A stretch of 64,000 nucleotides of DNA. It comes from an uncultured virus (IMG/VR IMGVR_UViG_3300042886_000689). Taxonomy: Duplodnaviria > Heunggongvirae > Uroviricota > Caudoviricetes. Position 1 is the stretch's first letter, and the number at the start of each line of letters is the position of its first letter. Below, one piece after another: positions 43,880 through 53,997 of this stretch. The stretch is from IMG/VR virus record IMGVR_UViG_3300042886_000689; one strand, written 5' to 3'. Under the pieces are notes generated by a model. The model was not told where the DNA came from. It did not search any database and was given only the letters and a program-made list of their open reading frames with translations. The translations under genes and the position numbers were made by a program.

Positions 43880-46800
43880 ATGAAAACCGAAACAGTTATC
43901 TACTTTATAGTGACATTCTTTTTCTCTTTGCTTTTAATGAGTAGTGCCTTTGAGGTTTGCTCTTTCCTTCCCCCTCCCCTTCATATTCCCCTTATGATTC
44001 TCGGGATTCTGGCCGGAATGATTCTTCCGGCAATGATTTTTGTATTTATTGATGAAATGATTGAAAAACATGATGATCGGAGCGAGAAATAATGAAAGCG
44101 ATTCACATTTTACAGGATACTCTTGCGGCCCTAATTGTAGTTTCCCTTTTTACATTTATAATAGCTTCTTTCTTTATCGGCTTTGCCGATGGATTGAGGA
44201 CTAATGACTGTAGGCCCAAGCGGCTTATTAGCTATATTAATATTCCTTGGCGATTGTCGTGCGAAATGAGCATGACTCGCAATTACATTACTGGAAAGAA
44301 ATAATGAACATCATAGAGGCAATTTCTTCGGGCTTTCCTTTTAAAAGGGAGCATTGGAGCGGTTTTTACACCAATGTCGGATATAGGCAGTTTGATGTTG
44401 ATGATATTCTTGCAAATGACTGGGTGATTGATACTGGGTTCCAAAACCAGAACCAACTTCCACTTCTTCCAACATTAGAGGTGCATTATGGGCTTTAGTT
44501 TATTGCTATTTTTGAAGGAACTTAAAGACAATGGCTTTATATATGACGACAGGGACATAGAATTGATCGCCAAAGACCTAAAACCCCTCGCCATTGAGAT
44601 TTTGATTAAAATGTATGACCGTATCAAGGCCAGCGAGAAAGATGGCCACAGCGAGCTTTAAAATGATTCTACACGACAGGTGCGGCCCCTTTGAGTTAAG
44701 GATTATCGAACTTGAGGGTGAGCTTAAGGATAAAGAAAAAATTATCAATGATTTGCAAAGTCATATAGAATATTTAGAGGGAAGGCTCGGAGCCGAAAAT
44801 AACATCAAGGAAGATTCAAATGGAAAAGATTATTAATATAGAGGATTACAAGGCTCAAGCAATTGCAATCCATGGCACTCAAAAGAAATACAATTTTAAC
44901 AGCCTTGATGAAATGATTGAGAAGCTTGAAGAGTTAGACCGTCAAGGCCTATTGATTGATGCTCTTAATGAAATAATAGCGGTTAATACAAGCGAGTTTT
45001 CACTTAAAGAGATTGCGAAAAAAGCCCTTGTTAAATTTAAAGTAAGGTAGAGGATATTATGGCAACCGTTTTAATTGAAATTGACCTACACGCTGTTTCG
45101 ATAGAGCATGGTAAAGAATTTGTCATAAGAGAAGAACTTGCCGACGACGAAGCCGAGATGGCCTTTGCTGGATTCTGTGTTGGCTTCTGCGAAGGCTACG
45201 CTCTGGCCTGTGAACATATATCTGAAAAATTAAAAGGCGATGGTAATCTCCAATGAAAAAAGAAATTGAAAAGCTTCGTAAGCAAATAGAGAAATTGAAA
45301 AACGATAACCAGTCAATGTGGGAGCTTCAACAGCAATCCGCAAAAGATTTAAAATCAAATCAGAAATCAAATAACACTTCAGCCGAACTACAGGGCGAAG
45401 TCCAAATGCTAAACAAGGCAATCATTCAGCATAAAAACAAAGAAAGTCAATTTGACGCAATAACTAAAGTTATAAATGATCAAAACGATTTACTTAAGAA
45501 GTGCGCTGCTTTCTATGCCGACGAATCAAACTGGAAAGTATTGGTTGATGACGATAGCGAATATCCTTTAATTTCAAGATCAGACGAAGAAGTAATCAAC
45601 GGTAGGGCCAGAGGCGGTAAACGCGCCCGAATGTGTCTTGATGAAATTGAGAAAATGTCAAAAGAATAGTTATGAAAGAAGAACGGGCAGGATATTTTAA
45701 AGTCTCTTATCGCCTTGATGAAAATAATACAATCTCAAATATAATAGTTTTTGGTAAATCAGAAGAAAGTGTTAGAAGACATTTAATTTCTATATATGAG
45801 ATAGTTGATATTATCAGTATTACCAAGGAGAATAAAAATGATATTCATGGAAAAAGCGACGAGTAATCTTTACGAACTTATAGTTTTGTCACTTGGCGAG
45901 CCAATTGCCTACTTAATGGACAACGCCGAGTTGTCCGGCTATCCAGTCGAGTACATAACTCTTTATGGAAAAGGAAACCCCGAGTCGTGTATGTACTCCG
46001 AGATGGGTGAGCGTTTTGAATTTCTAGGATTTCTATAATATGAGCAATAAATCAAAACAAGATGTTGTCTATGAAGAAGTCCAAGACCTTATCTCAAAAA
46101 TTAGTGAACTTCTCCATGGCTACGTTGAAAACGGCTCTAATTTTTCGCACAATATACGAATTATTACTGCGTCTAGGGCCATAAATGCTTTTTATGTTCA
46201 ATGGTTTTTAAACCTTGGCGAAACCATGAAAGAAAGAACAGATTTGATCACCGAACTTGACAAGATAATCGAAGCAAAGCAAAGTAAATTTGAGCAACAA
46301 CCCTAACATTGTTTATAAAACAAACCATGGTGGTCGTGTGTAAACATTGCTGATATACCAATGCGCTCGCGTATATCAAAATTAAAAGCGGAAGATTGGC
46401 CGAGCGGTTTAAGGCAGCAGTTTTGAAAACTGCCATAGGTTAACGCCTGTCTGGGGTTCGAATCCCTAATCTTCCGCCATTTTTGAATCAAATGAATAGA
46501 AAAAAGAAAAAGATAATAATTGAAAATTTCAAAAATAAAATGGCAACTCTGGGAATTAATCACTGAAAGTGGTGAAGTATTCTACTGTAAAACAAAGAAA
46601 GAATGTCTCATGGTCTTAGAAGAATATACTTGTCAAAACTCAAGGAGCCTCAAATGAAAGATGAAGACTCAGAAGAATTTAAAAACATGGTGGACATTGC
46701 ACGAAAAGACGTTGAGGAAATTGTTGATCACTTCAATTTAAAGATAGAGGATTACTTCAAAAGTGATTCTCCCGTAGAGAACAATCAGAAATTTCTTGTC

Positions 46801-47380
46801 GTTTCTAGGGCCGTTAATTGTGTGGGCCTTATGTGGGCCGAACATTTTTGGCTAAACTTTAATCCAGTAGTTGCAAATCCTAAGAAGGTTGACGAGGTTT
46901 AATATGAGTAAAGAAATGGAACTTGAAGAAATGCTATTGCTAAAAGAAGAATACTTAATAGAGCTTGAAACTAAGCTCGAGATGACACGATTAGCTCTCG
47001 AAGATTTTGTACTAGAGAGTGATCACTTATCAAGCTGTGAATATAATAACGGATTCGGCAACGAATATGAATGTAAGTGCATGGATAGAAAGTTTTATAA
47101 CAAGATAAGGATAATGATTCGCGCCAAAGAAGTCTTGGCAAGCCTTGTTAAAATATAAAGGAGTAGAAAAATGAATGACGCTGAATTCAAAAGACGAATA
47201 GAAATTTACAAAAGTCGGTATGCCATAGAAGTCTCCCCTCCTGAATGTGAAACCTGTCACGGGCCAGCGGAGCTACACGATACTCAAGACATGGCAAATT
47301 ACTGCGAAAATTGTCTCGTAAAATCATTTATTGGCGAAGAAGAAGTCTTAATAAGTTACACCGAAATTTCAAGCTTATAA
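43880..47380 (+). other. Cluster of small hypothetical ORFs (43880-44092, 44092-44304, 44304-44498, 44488-44661, 44615-44836, 44820-45050, 45059-45256, 45253-45669, 45672-45866, 45805-46038, 46040-46306, 46603-46902, 46871-47158, 47171-47380)
   Basis: Tightly packed, co-oriented, mostly coupled 55-140 aa ORFs typical of phage early/accessory regions; no function recognised (47171 has a CxxC...CxxC). Confidence 0.7.
46390..46479 (+). tRNA. tRNA-Ser (anticodon TGA)
   Basis: Acceptor ggaagat/atcttcc, anticodon arm gcagt-tt TGA aa-actgc, long variable arm, GGTTCGAATCC, G discriminator, CCA. Confidence 0.95.
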
Positions 47381-47560
47381 TTATAGGGTGAAGGCTCTCA
47401 ATACTGGCCTTTTGCAATCGCTGACATACCGATGCCCTTGTATGTCAATCCTTTTAAATTGAGTGGCGTTAAAGTGGCGTTTAAAATCGTTTAAATGGCG
47501 GTTTTCTGGTGCCAAAACGGCAATTAAATGGTGATCAAAACACTCTTTTTTCGGTGTTCA

Positions 47561-47589
47561 TTGACAATGCTCTTTATCATCCCCATCAT
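47561..47589 (+). promoter_or_regulatory. Candidate promoter of the structural module
   Basis: TTGACA-17 nt-CATCAT ahead of the AAGGAG RBS of the 47632 gene. Confidence 0.4.
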
Positions 47590-47631
47590 ATCCTTAGAGT
47601 AAACAATACAGTTGCTATCTAAGGAGACAAA

Positions 47632-49410
47632 ATGGCACGTACAAGTACGGAAACAAAATCCAAAAAAGCCCCATCTAGGGCCGTAATTGCAAAAATTGCG
47701 GAAGAAGCAGGGAAAAAAGCAGCTAAAAAAGTCGCTTCTAAAATTGCTCACGATGAAGCCAGTAAAACAGCTACAAGAGTCGCTACACGCGCAGCCCTTG
47801 ACCCTGACTACACTTCAAACACTGACATTGAAGAAGATGACCAAGATTACAATCCTCGTTATGGGCGCGTAAACTACCTCGAAACAGAAGAAGAAGAGGA
47901 AGAAGACGAAGACAATGACTCAGGCTTTACACTGAATCAGTATGGGCAACAATCAGGCAGCGATGACCTTTCAGACAATCCAAGATCAACCGATATTTTT
48001 AGTTACGGTACAGAGCTTTTAAATAAAGGCACTCCAATCCGTTTTCAAATTAAAAAGAATGGCCAGTTCTTAACCACAGTTCGTGAGCCATACTCAGAAG
48101 ATCGCCTTCAAAAAGATCACGGCGAAGGTCACTATGCAGTTATTCTTCGTAACGATGCCAAAGGCACATTCATTAAGCAGCAATCTTTTTCAGTTGCGGC
48201 ACCGACCGTTAAGCACGAGGAAATCGTTAAAGCTAAGACAGATGAGAAGCTAGACCGTATGTTTGAAACATTTGGTCAGATGCAAGAAAGAACACAAGAC
48301 ACCCAAGCACAATTGTTTGACCGCATAATGGAAGAACAAAGACGTAGAGAAGATGAAGAAAAAGAACGCCGAAGAGAGGAGAGAGACAGTATGAGACAAC
48401 AAGAACAACAAAACCAAAACCTACTTGCTACCGTTTTACAGGCTTCACTATCTAATAAAAAAGATGATGGTGGCGGTAACATGGCACTTCTTCAAATGAT
48501 GCAAGCTCAACAACAACAAACAGCTAATCTAATCATGGAATCAAATAAGAACTTCATGACTATGATTCAAGAAATGCGTAGAGACACTTCTACTATGATT
48601 GATAAAATGAGTGAATCTCAAAAAGATCAAGCTCGTGAGTTCAGAAATCAGATTGAAAAAATGGCAGGGTCGAAGAAAGAAGGCTTCGATGCGGTAGAAA
48701 TGTTCAAGATGCTAAATGATACTCGTGAATCAGGTATGCAATTTGGTCTTCAAATCAATGCCCTTGCAAAAGAATTGTCAGATGCAGGAGAAAGCGAAAA
48801 AGAACCAAAGGGTTTAACTGAAACAATTATTGAAAACCTTGGAAAACTTGCCCCATTGATGCTTGCCGCTGGCCAGAATCAAGGTCAAGCACCAGCACAA
48901 CAATACTTTGAGCCTCAACAACAACAATTGGTAAACGCACCAGCGGCTCCATCGTATAAAAAAGCAAGTGCTGCACCAGTTCGTCACGCCCAGCCACAAA
49001 CCGTAGTGGCCCAACCAGTGGCTCAACAAAATGCTCCACAAGCCCAAACAGATGCTCAAAGAGTAGCTAAAAAAGTTGTGGCAAAAGCTTCGGTTGCAAG
49101 AAGTTCGGAAACTGCTACAATAGACGCTAACACTTCTGTAAAAAAGACAGTTGTTGACATTTGTGCATCACTAATCGGTCATGCTCTTATGAACAATGTC
49201 TCTTCAGGAGATTTGGGCGATGCAACTATTAAGGCACTAGCTGAGAAAAACATCTCAACATCAAAAGCTTTAGAATTGTTATCCCTAGATGATATTTATC
49301 ACTTGAGCTTTACGGTTTACACCCTTCCAGATGTACCCGAGCTTCGAGTTTATCTGAAGGATTATCATGATTATCTCAAAGCCAAAGCATCCATTACGCA
49401 ATCTCGGTAA
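47632..49410 (+). CDS. Large acidic/coiled-coil protein, first gene of the structural module
   Basis: Basic AKK N-terminus, poly-E tract, GEGHY beta domain, Gln/Met-rich coiled coils. Confidence 0.8.
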   Translation: MARTSTETKSKKAPSRAVIAKIAEEAGKKAAKKVASKIAHDEASKTATRVATRAALDPDYTSNTDIEEDDQDYNPRYGRVNYLETEEEEEEDEDNDSGFTLNQYGQQSGSDDLSDNPRSTDIFSYGTELLNKGTPIRFQIKKNGQFLTTVREPYSEDRLQKDHGEGHYAVILRNDAKGTFIKQQSFSVAAPTVKHEEIVKAKTDEKLDRMFETFGQMQERTQDTQAQLFDRIMEEQRRREDEEKERRREERDSMRQQEQQNQNLLATVLQASLSNKKDDGGGNMALLQMMQAQQQQTANLIMESNKNFMTMIQEMRRDTSTMIDKMSESQKDQAREFRNQIEKMAGSKKEGFDAVEMFKMLNDTRESGMQFGLQINALAKELSDAGESEKEPKGLTETIIENLGKLAPLMLAAGQNQGQAPAQQYFEPQQQQLVNAPAAPSYKKASAAPVRHAQPQTVVAQPVAQQNAPQAQTDAQRVAKKVVAKASVARSSETATIDANTSVKKTVVDICASLIGHALMNNVSSGDLGDATIKALAEKNISTSKALELLSLDDIYHLSFTVYTLPDVPELRVYLKDYHDYLKAKASITQSR

Positions 49411-49960
49411 ATTACCAGATGCTAAGAATGGCACCGTTGGAGATGGGATTATCGGAAACGTAGACACCATCAAAATTATGACAAAAATGGCGCGAGAGGG
49501 TTCAAAAAACCCTCTCGTTCGTCGCCTTGCAACAAATATTCTTAACCACGACAAAATTCCATCTCATTATTATTTAGAAGAAGCCCGAGCAATCGGCAAA
49601 TTTGTACAGTCGCACGTTCGCTATGTGAAAGATATCGCCGGTGTCGAGACTCTTCACTCACCAGATATGCTCATTAGAATGATGACTGATGTAGGCTATA
49701 CGGCGGCTGATTGCGACGACATGGCTCTTTTGATTGCCTCTATGCTACTTAGCATAGGTATTGTTCCAAAGTTTCGTGCCGTAAGGTACAACTCGCCTAC
49801 AGGCCCCTACAATCATATATATGTAGTTGTTTACGAAAATAATATCACTGACACAATGTCACCAAGTCCTACAAAAAGACTTGCCCTTGATGCAATTGTA
49901 AAAGATCGCCCAATGGGTTTTGAAGTTCCTCACTCAAGTGGCGATGAATTTGATGTTTAA
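49367..49960 (+). CDS. Transglutaminase-like Cys-His-Asp enzyme (candidate maturation protease)
   Basis: VRYVKD..GVETL..P, ADCDD (Cys), NHIYVVV (His), LALDA (Asp). Confidence 0.85.
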   Translation: MIISKPKHPLRNLGKLPDAKNGTVGDGIIGNVDTIKIMTKMAREGSKNPLVRRLATNILNHDKIPSHYYLEEARAIGKFVQSHVRYVKDIAGVETLHSPDMLIRMMTDVGYTAADCDDMALLIASMLLSIGIVPKFRAVRYNSPTGPYNHIYVVVYENNITDTMSPSPTKRLALDAIVKDRPMGFEVPHSSGDEFDV

Positions 49961-50036
49961 GCTCGGATATTGAGAATAAATTAGCAATTTGTTAAGAAAT
50001 GAATAAAATAAAATAGTCTGCTTAAAAGGAGTTTGC

Positions 50037-50423
50037 GTGAAAGTTAAAGAATATTGTAGTGGCGATTTCGGTGGAGTCTCTTATAAACAAGGTGATTTTC
50101 ATACAGTTGGTTTTAGTGGGGCACCAAAGGCACCGCAAAAAGGTATGGGAGCCAACTTTTTTGAAACAGCTTTTAGTAATATTTTTGGCGCAGGAGCTTC
50201 GCAAGTAACTAGCTCGCTTCAAGCAGGAGCAACATCGGTTGTAACAAACGTAGTTGGCTCTAAATTAACTACTGATGCCTCTGCAAAGCAGGGCATCGTT
50301 GATACAGTTAAAGCCTCGGTTGGTGAGCTTTATAAAGAATATAAAATTCCAGTCATTATTATCGGCGGTGGTATTTCAGCATTACTTGTTTACGGCATCT
50401 ATAACGCTGTTAAAAAGAAGTAA
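50037..50423 (+). CDS. Tail-anchored membrane protein with GDF motifs
   Basis: YCSGDFGG, QGDF, KGMGA; C-terminal TM plus KKK; GTG start with AGGAG. Confidence 0.75.
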   Translation: MKVKEYCSGDFGGVSYKQGDFHTVGFSGAPKAPQKGMGANFFETAFSNIFGAGASQVTSSLQAGATSVVTNVVGSKLTTDASAKQGIVDTVKASVGELYKEYKIPVIIIGGGISALLVYGIYNAVKKK

Positions 50424-50426
50424 TCC

Positions 50427-50552
50427 ATGGACGTAACATCGTACTCGAAAGATTATTTTACTCGCCTTGGGCAAAACAAAGATGTTTTTATCTATGGCCT
50501 GATGTTTGGTGCGCTTGCTAGTTATTTTGTATTTAAAATGAGGAAGAAATAA
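50427..50552 (+). CDS. Small tail-anchored membrane protein (41 aa), not in ORF track
   Basis: MDVTSYSKDYFTRLGQNKDVFIYGLMFGALASYFVFKMRKK*; fills the gap exactly. Confidence 0.65.
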   Translation: MDVTSYSKDYFTRLGQNKDVFIYGLMFGALASYFVFKMRKK

Positions 50553-51083
50553 ATGAAACACATGAACGGAATGTCTTATACTACGGGCGACTTTTATACC
50601 AATGGAACTTCTGGCCTTGGTGCTTATAGAAAACCCACTAAGAAATATCAGCAAAAACCAGCCATTAAGAAATATACCATGAATGGCGTTGGTGCCATGG
50701 TTGTTCAAAACGACTTCGGAGGAATGGGCGATATGGGTTTCTCTGTTTTTGGTTACGATGTTGGTGCCGAAGCGACTAAGCTTTACCAACAAACATTAAA
50801 AAACCTTCAATCTCAGGCCACAACGGCTGCTACGAGCGCAGTACAAAACTTTGTGGTTAAACTGACTGGGGCCAACGGTCAAGTTCAAAACGTCAACCTT
50901 ACTCCTTCCCAAGCGGCTGCATATCAACAAACTGGGGTGCTTCCAGTTGGTCTACTTCCTGCTGGCTTCGTCGCGGCACCCCCAACTTTCATGGAACAAT
51001 ATGGTAAATATATCATGATAGCTGGTGGTATCTTGGCAGGAATAATTGCAATTTCTCTTATTGTTAAAATGAAGAAGAAATAA
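50553..51083 (+). CDS. Tail-anchored membrane protein with GDF/DFG/MG motifs
   Basis: TGDF, SGLGA, MNGVGA, NDFGGMGDMG; C-terminal TM plus KMKKK. Confidence 0.8.
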   Translation: MKHMNGMSYTTGDFYTNGTSGLGAYRKPTKKYQQKPAIKKYTMNGVGAMVVQNDFGGMGDMGFSVFGYDVGAEATKLYQQTLKNLQSQATTAATSAVQNFVVKLTGANGQVQNVNLTPSQAAAYQQTGVLPVGLLPAGFVAAPPTFMEQYGKYIMIAGGILAGIIAISLIVKMKKK

Positions 51084-51085
51084 TT

Positions 51086-51286
51086 ATGAATTACTGTATG
51101 GGTGATTTTGGAGCATCTTGCGAATTAACAGAAATTAATCGAAGATTGTTAAAAGACGACTCAATGGGTTCTGCAATCGACTGTGCAAAGAATTTTGTAT
51201 CTAACAATTCTACCCTTATAATAGGCGTTAGTATTTTAGTTCTCGGGTTATGGGCAATGTCAGAAGATAAAAAAGCAAAGAGGTAG
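51086..51286 (+). CDS. Small tail-anchored membrane protein
   Basis: MNYCMGDFG, DSMG; TM plus KKAKR. Confidence 0.75.
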   Translation: MNYCMGDFGASCELTEINRRLLKDDSMGSAIDCAKNFVSNNSTLIIGVSILVLGLWAMSEDKKAKR

Positions 51287-51288
51287 TT

Positions 51289-51672
51289 ATGAGAAAATAT
51301 TGTATGGGTGATTTTGGCGAAAATGGTGGGCCTGAAAAAGAAATTAGCAATAGTTACGATACTCGGGTAAGCCAAATGCAGCCAGCTATGGTTGAATTTC
51401 AAACTGAAGACTCTGTAGAAAGGGAACTTCGATACGAATTATACAATCTCCAAACTGAAGATAATATTTATTTTGAAACAGAAGATTCTTCTGATTCAAT
51501 GGGTGAAAATGTTGTTGCAGCCGAGATGAATACAGTAAACATGGTTAAGCCAACTCTTGAGCAAGCGGCTAAAGTAGCCTCGGACGCACAAGCTCCGAAA
51601 CCGGCCAACAAAGCTTTGGTTTATGGCGGCGTTGCTGCTCTTGCAGCATTGATGTTTTTCGGGCAAGATTAA
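51289..51672 (+). CDS. Tail-anchored membrane protein
   Basis: MRKYCMGDFG, DSMG; C-terminal TM. Confidence 0.75.
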   Translation: MRKYCMGDFGENGGPEKEISNSYDTRVSQMQPAMVEFQTEDSVERELRYELYNLQTEDNIYFETEDSSDSMGENVVAAEMNTVNMVKPTLEQAAKVASDAQAPKPANKALVYGGVAALAALMFFGQD

Positions 51673-51675
51673 CAA

Positions 51676-53988
51676 ATGCTTATTCCATTTGAGTCGAATC
51701 AAAATATTGTAGATGCTTTTAAAATTCCACAGTACATTGTCGATTGGCAGCGTATTCGGATTCTAAAAGAGATTGACGATGTTAGATTTCGTGCCACAAA
51801 AGATGGAAACATTGATCTTTCTCAAGATTCATTAATTTTATTGAAAATAATGAAGCTCTGCCAAATGGCAAATCCTAAATTTAATGCCGATGGAACGGTT
51901 TTATCCGTTGACCCAATATCATATTGCTACGATGTGACGAGTGATCAGATTATTGCAACAATAAATGATTTTGTTAAATACGGTGCGACTTCAATGGATG
52001 CCGGTTCTTCTCAAACAACTTATAACTTGCTAAGAAGTAACCAGTTAAATCTCGCTCGCATGGGGCTTTTTGTTGTTAACTCTGGAGTAGATTCCTACGC
52101 GACTCAGAGGGGTTATTACAGTTCAAGAGTGTCCTCGGAGAACGACCCTTCACTGACAAGTATCCCTCCGGTGTATGCTGTTTTTACTTGCAACTTAGCA
52201 GGAAGGTCATACATTGCATCTAATCCTATGTACATTTACCAGAGCAATTTCGGAGATGGAAAAACTCTTAGCTCGGGGTTTACTTACGCCCCCTTGGACT
52301 TGTTGAAGAAAACGTCTAACTCAAAAGCATATATATTGGCTCAATCTTATATATTCAACAATTATACTGGGCGATATAGTAATGGGCCATTAAAGCCAGT
52401 TGAGCTTGGTGTGCGAATTCTTGAAGCAACAAAAGCCATTGGTTCGCAATTTAGAGATGCGCCTATGGCTGGCTCTAGCTTTTTCATCGACACTTCTTAT
52501 TCTTCTGTGCCGACTATCTACAATGCGTTGATTGTCCTTGCTGATGTTGAAATGATGACTGGGTTTAATTCTGAATATCTTAAAACCATTCCATTTATTT
52601 TTGCGTCAAAGCCTGTAAGTGAAGTAATGGGTGATTACATCGCTGTGACTGAACCAAATTTCTTTTATGGCAAAGATGTTCCAGTTGCAAAGTACGCAAT
52701 GAAAACACCAACCGCCTCGTACACGCAAGATTTCGTAACCGCTGGCCCTACGTTTGCCGAATGGTTTCAGCGAATAACCGTAACTCTAAACAATGGAAAG
52801 TCATTTGTTTTTCCAAAACAGTCAATTTCTCCGTCAATAAACGTGGGATTTATTTCCCCGTTGAGTATGAATGATAATCTTATTACTTATTGGAAAAATT
52901 CATTTACTTTTTTATTCACTGATACTTATACATACCAACCTACGCTTGCTGCCCTTGAAATGAATAAATCGAAATATCCGTTTCCTCTTCAATTTCCAAG
53001 AAAGCTGGTGGAAGGTGATTTCCGTATCCGTAACGGATTATTGTATTCAGACGCATCCAAGTTTTACGCTCTTGAATTTGTAAGATTTTCACAAAATACA
53101 ATTGATGCACTTACCACACTTGCAATTCTTCAAACATCTATTGATGAAGTTCAAAAAGATGTAGCAAGTGGTATCATTATAAGGGAAGGCAATGGCCAAA
53201 CAAGGACTTCATGGTATTGGGAGCTTGGAACAAAGATGCCATTCATTCATCCAGTAAGCTTGAAACCCATTGCGGCAGATCAATACATTGCAGAATTAGT
53301 GGTCGAGTCAGCTATTAGTTGGAACAATGCCCTTGCTGGCATCAACACTCTTACTGCTAATTTAAAAGCTCAAAACGATGCTTCGTACCAGAGAGCATAC
53401 GAAGCATATCTTCGCGGCGAAGCTCAAGCGAAGGGGCCTGAAGCACTTGCAGACTACGAAAGAAAGCTCGCTACAGGATTCTTTTACACTGACAATGGCT
53501 TTAATTATTGGAGGCCATTTACTCCACTAGAAATTTCTCTCATCCAATCATTTAAAGATCAAGCACAATTGTCACTCACGATTTCAAATGAAAATATTCT
53601 AATCCTTGCTAAAAACAGACTTGATCAAGACGCAGTAAACGCCGCCGTGATTCAGGCCAACCAAGACAAGATGGAACTAGCTCGGGTTATGGCCAATGTT
53701 GAACTAAAGCAAATAGCCGATACCGAGCTTTCAAAAATGATTGTTCCGACACTCTCGTATATTATCGCAAGAGCGGAAATCGAGGGGGGTGTCCCTACTT
53801 CTATTCTTGAGAAATGGACTCAAGAGAATCCATATTATTATCTCAGACAAGACACAAGCGATGCAGTTAATACTCTTCTTGGTTATTTAACGAGTGCTGA
53901 GCAAAAAGTGACTACCGCCCTAGTCGCTGATGCTATTGCCGAAATTGAATACACTAAGGCCCTTCAAGAATTATTCACCATAATATAA
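51676..53988 (+). CDS. Large hypothetical virion protein
   Basis: 770-aa ORF inside the structural operon; no motif recognised. Confidence 0.75.
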   Translation: MLIPFESNQNIVDAFKIPQYIVDWQRIRILKEIDDVRFRATKDGNIDLSQDSLILLKIMKLCQMANPKFNADGTVLSVDPISYCYDVTSDQIIATINDFVKYGATSMDAGSSQTTYNLLRSNQLNLARMGLFVVNSGVDSYATQRGYYSSRVSSENDPSLTSIPPVYAVFTCNLAGRSYIASNPMYIYQSNFGDGKTLSSGFTYAPLDLLKKTSNSKAYILAQSYIFNNYTGRYSNGPLKPVELGVRILEATKAIGSQFRDAPMAGSSFFIDTSYSSVPTIYNALIVLADVEMMTGFNSEYLKTIPFIFASKPVSEVMGDYIAVTEPNFFYGKDVPVAKYAMKTPTASYTQDFVTAGPTFAEWFQRITVTLNNGKSFVFPKQSISPSINVGFISPLSMNDNLITYWKNSFTFLFTDTYTYQPTLAALEMNKSKYPFPLQFPRKLVEGDFRIRNGLLYSDASKFYALEFVRFSQNTIDALTTLAILQTSIDEVQKDVASGIIIREGNGQTRTSWYWELGTKMPFIHPVSLKPIAADQYIAELVVESAISWNNALAGINTLTANLKAQNDASYQRAYEAYLRGEAQAKGPEALADYERKLATGFFYTDNGFNYWRPFTPLEISLIQSFKDQAQLSLTISNENILILAKNRLDQDAVNAAVIQANQDKMELARVMANVELKQIADTELSKMIVPTLSYIIARAEIEGGVPTSILEKWTQENPYYYLRQDTSDAVNTLLGYLTSAEQKVTTALVADAIAEIEYTKALQELFTII

Positions 53989-53997
53989 GAGATACCT

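Noticed and set aside
41858..46479. tRNAs as prophage attachment sites
   Set aside because: No integrase, no duplicated tRNA 3' end, and viral-type genes on both sides.
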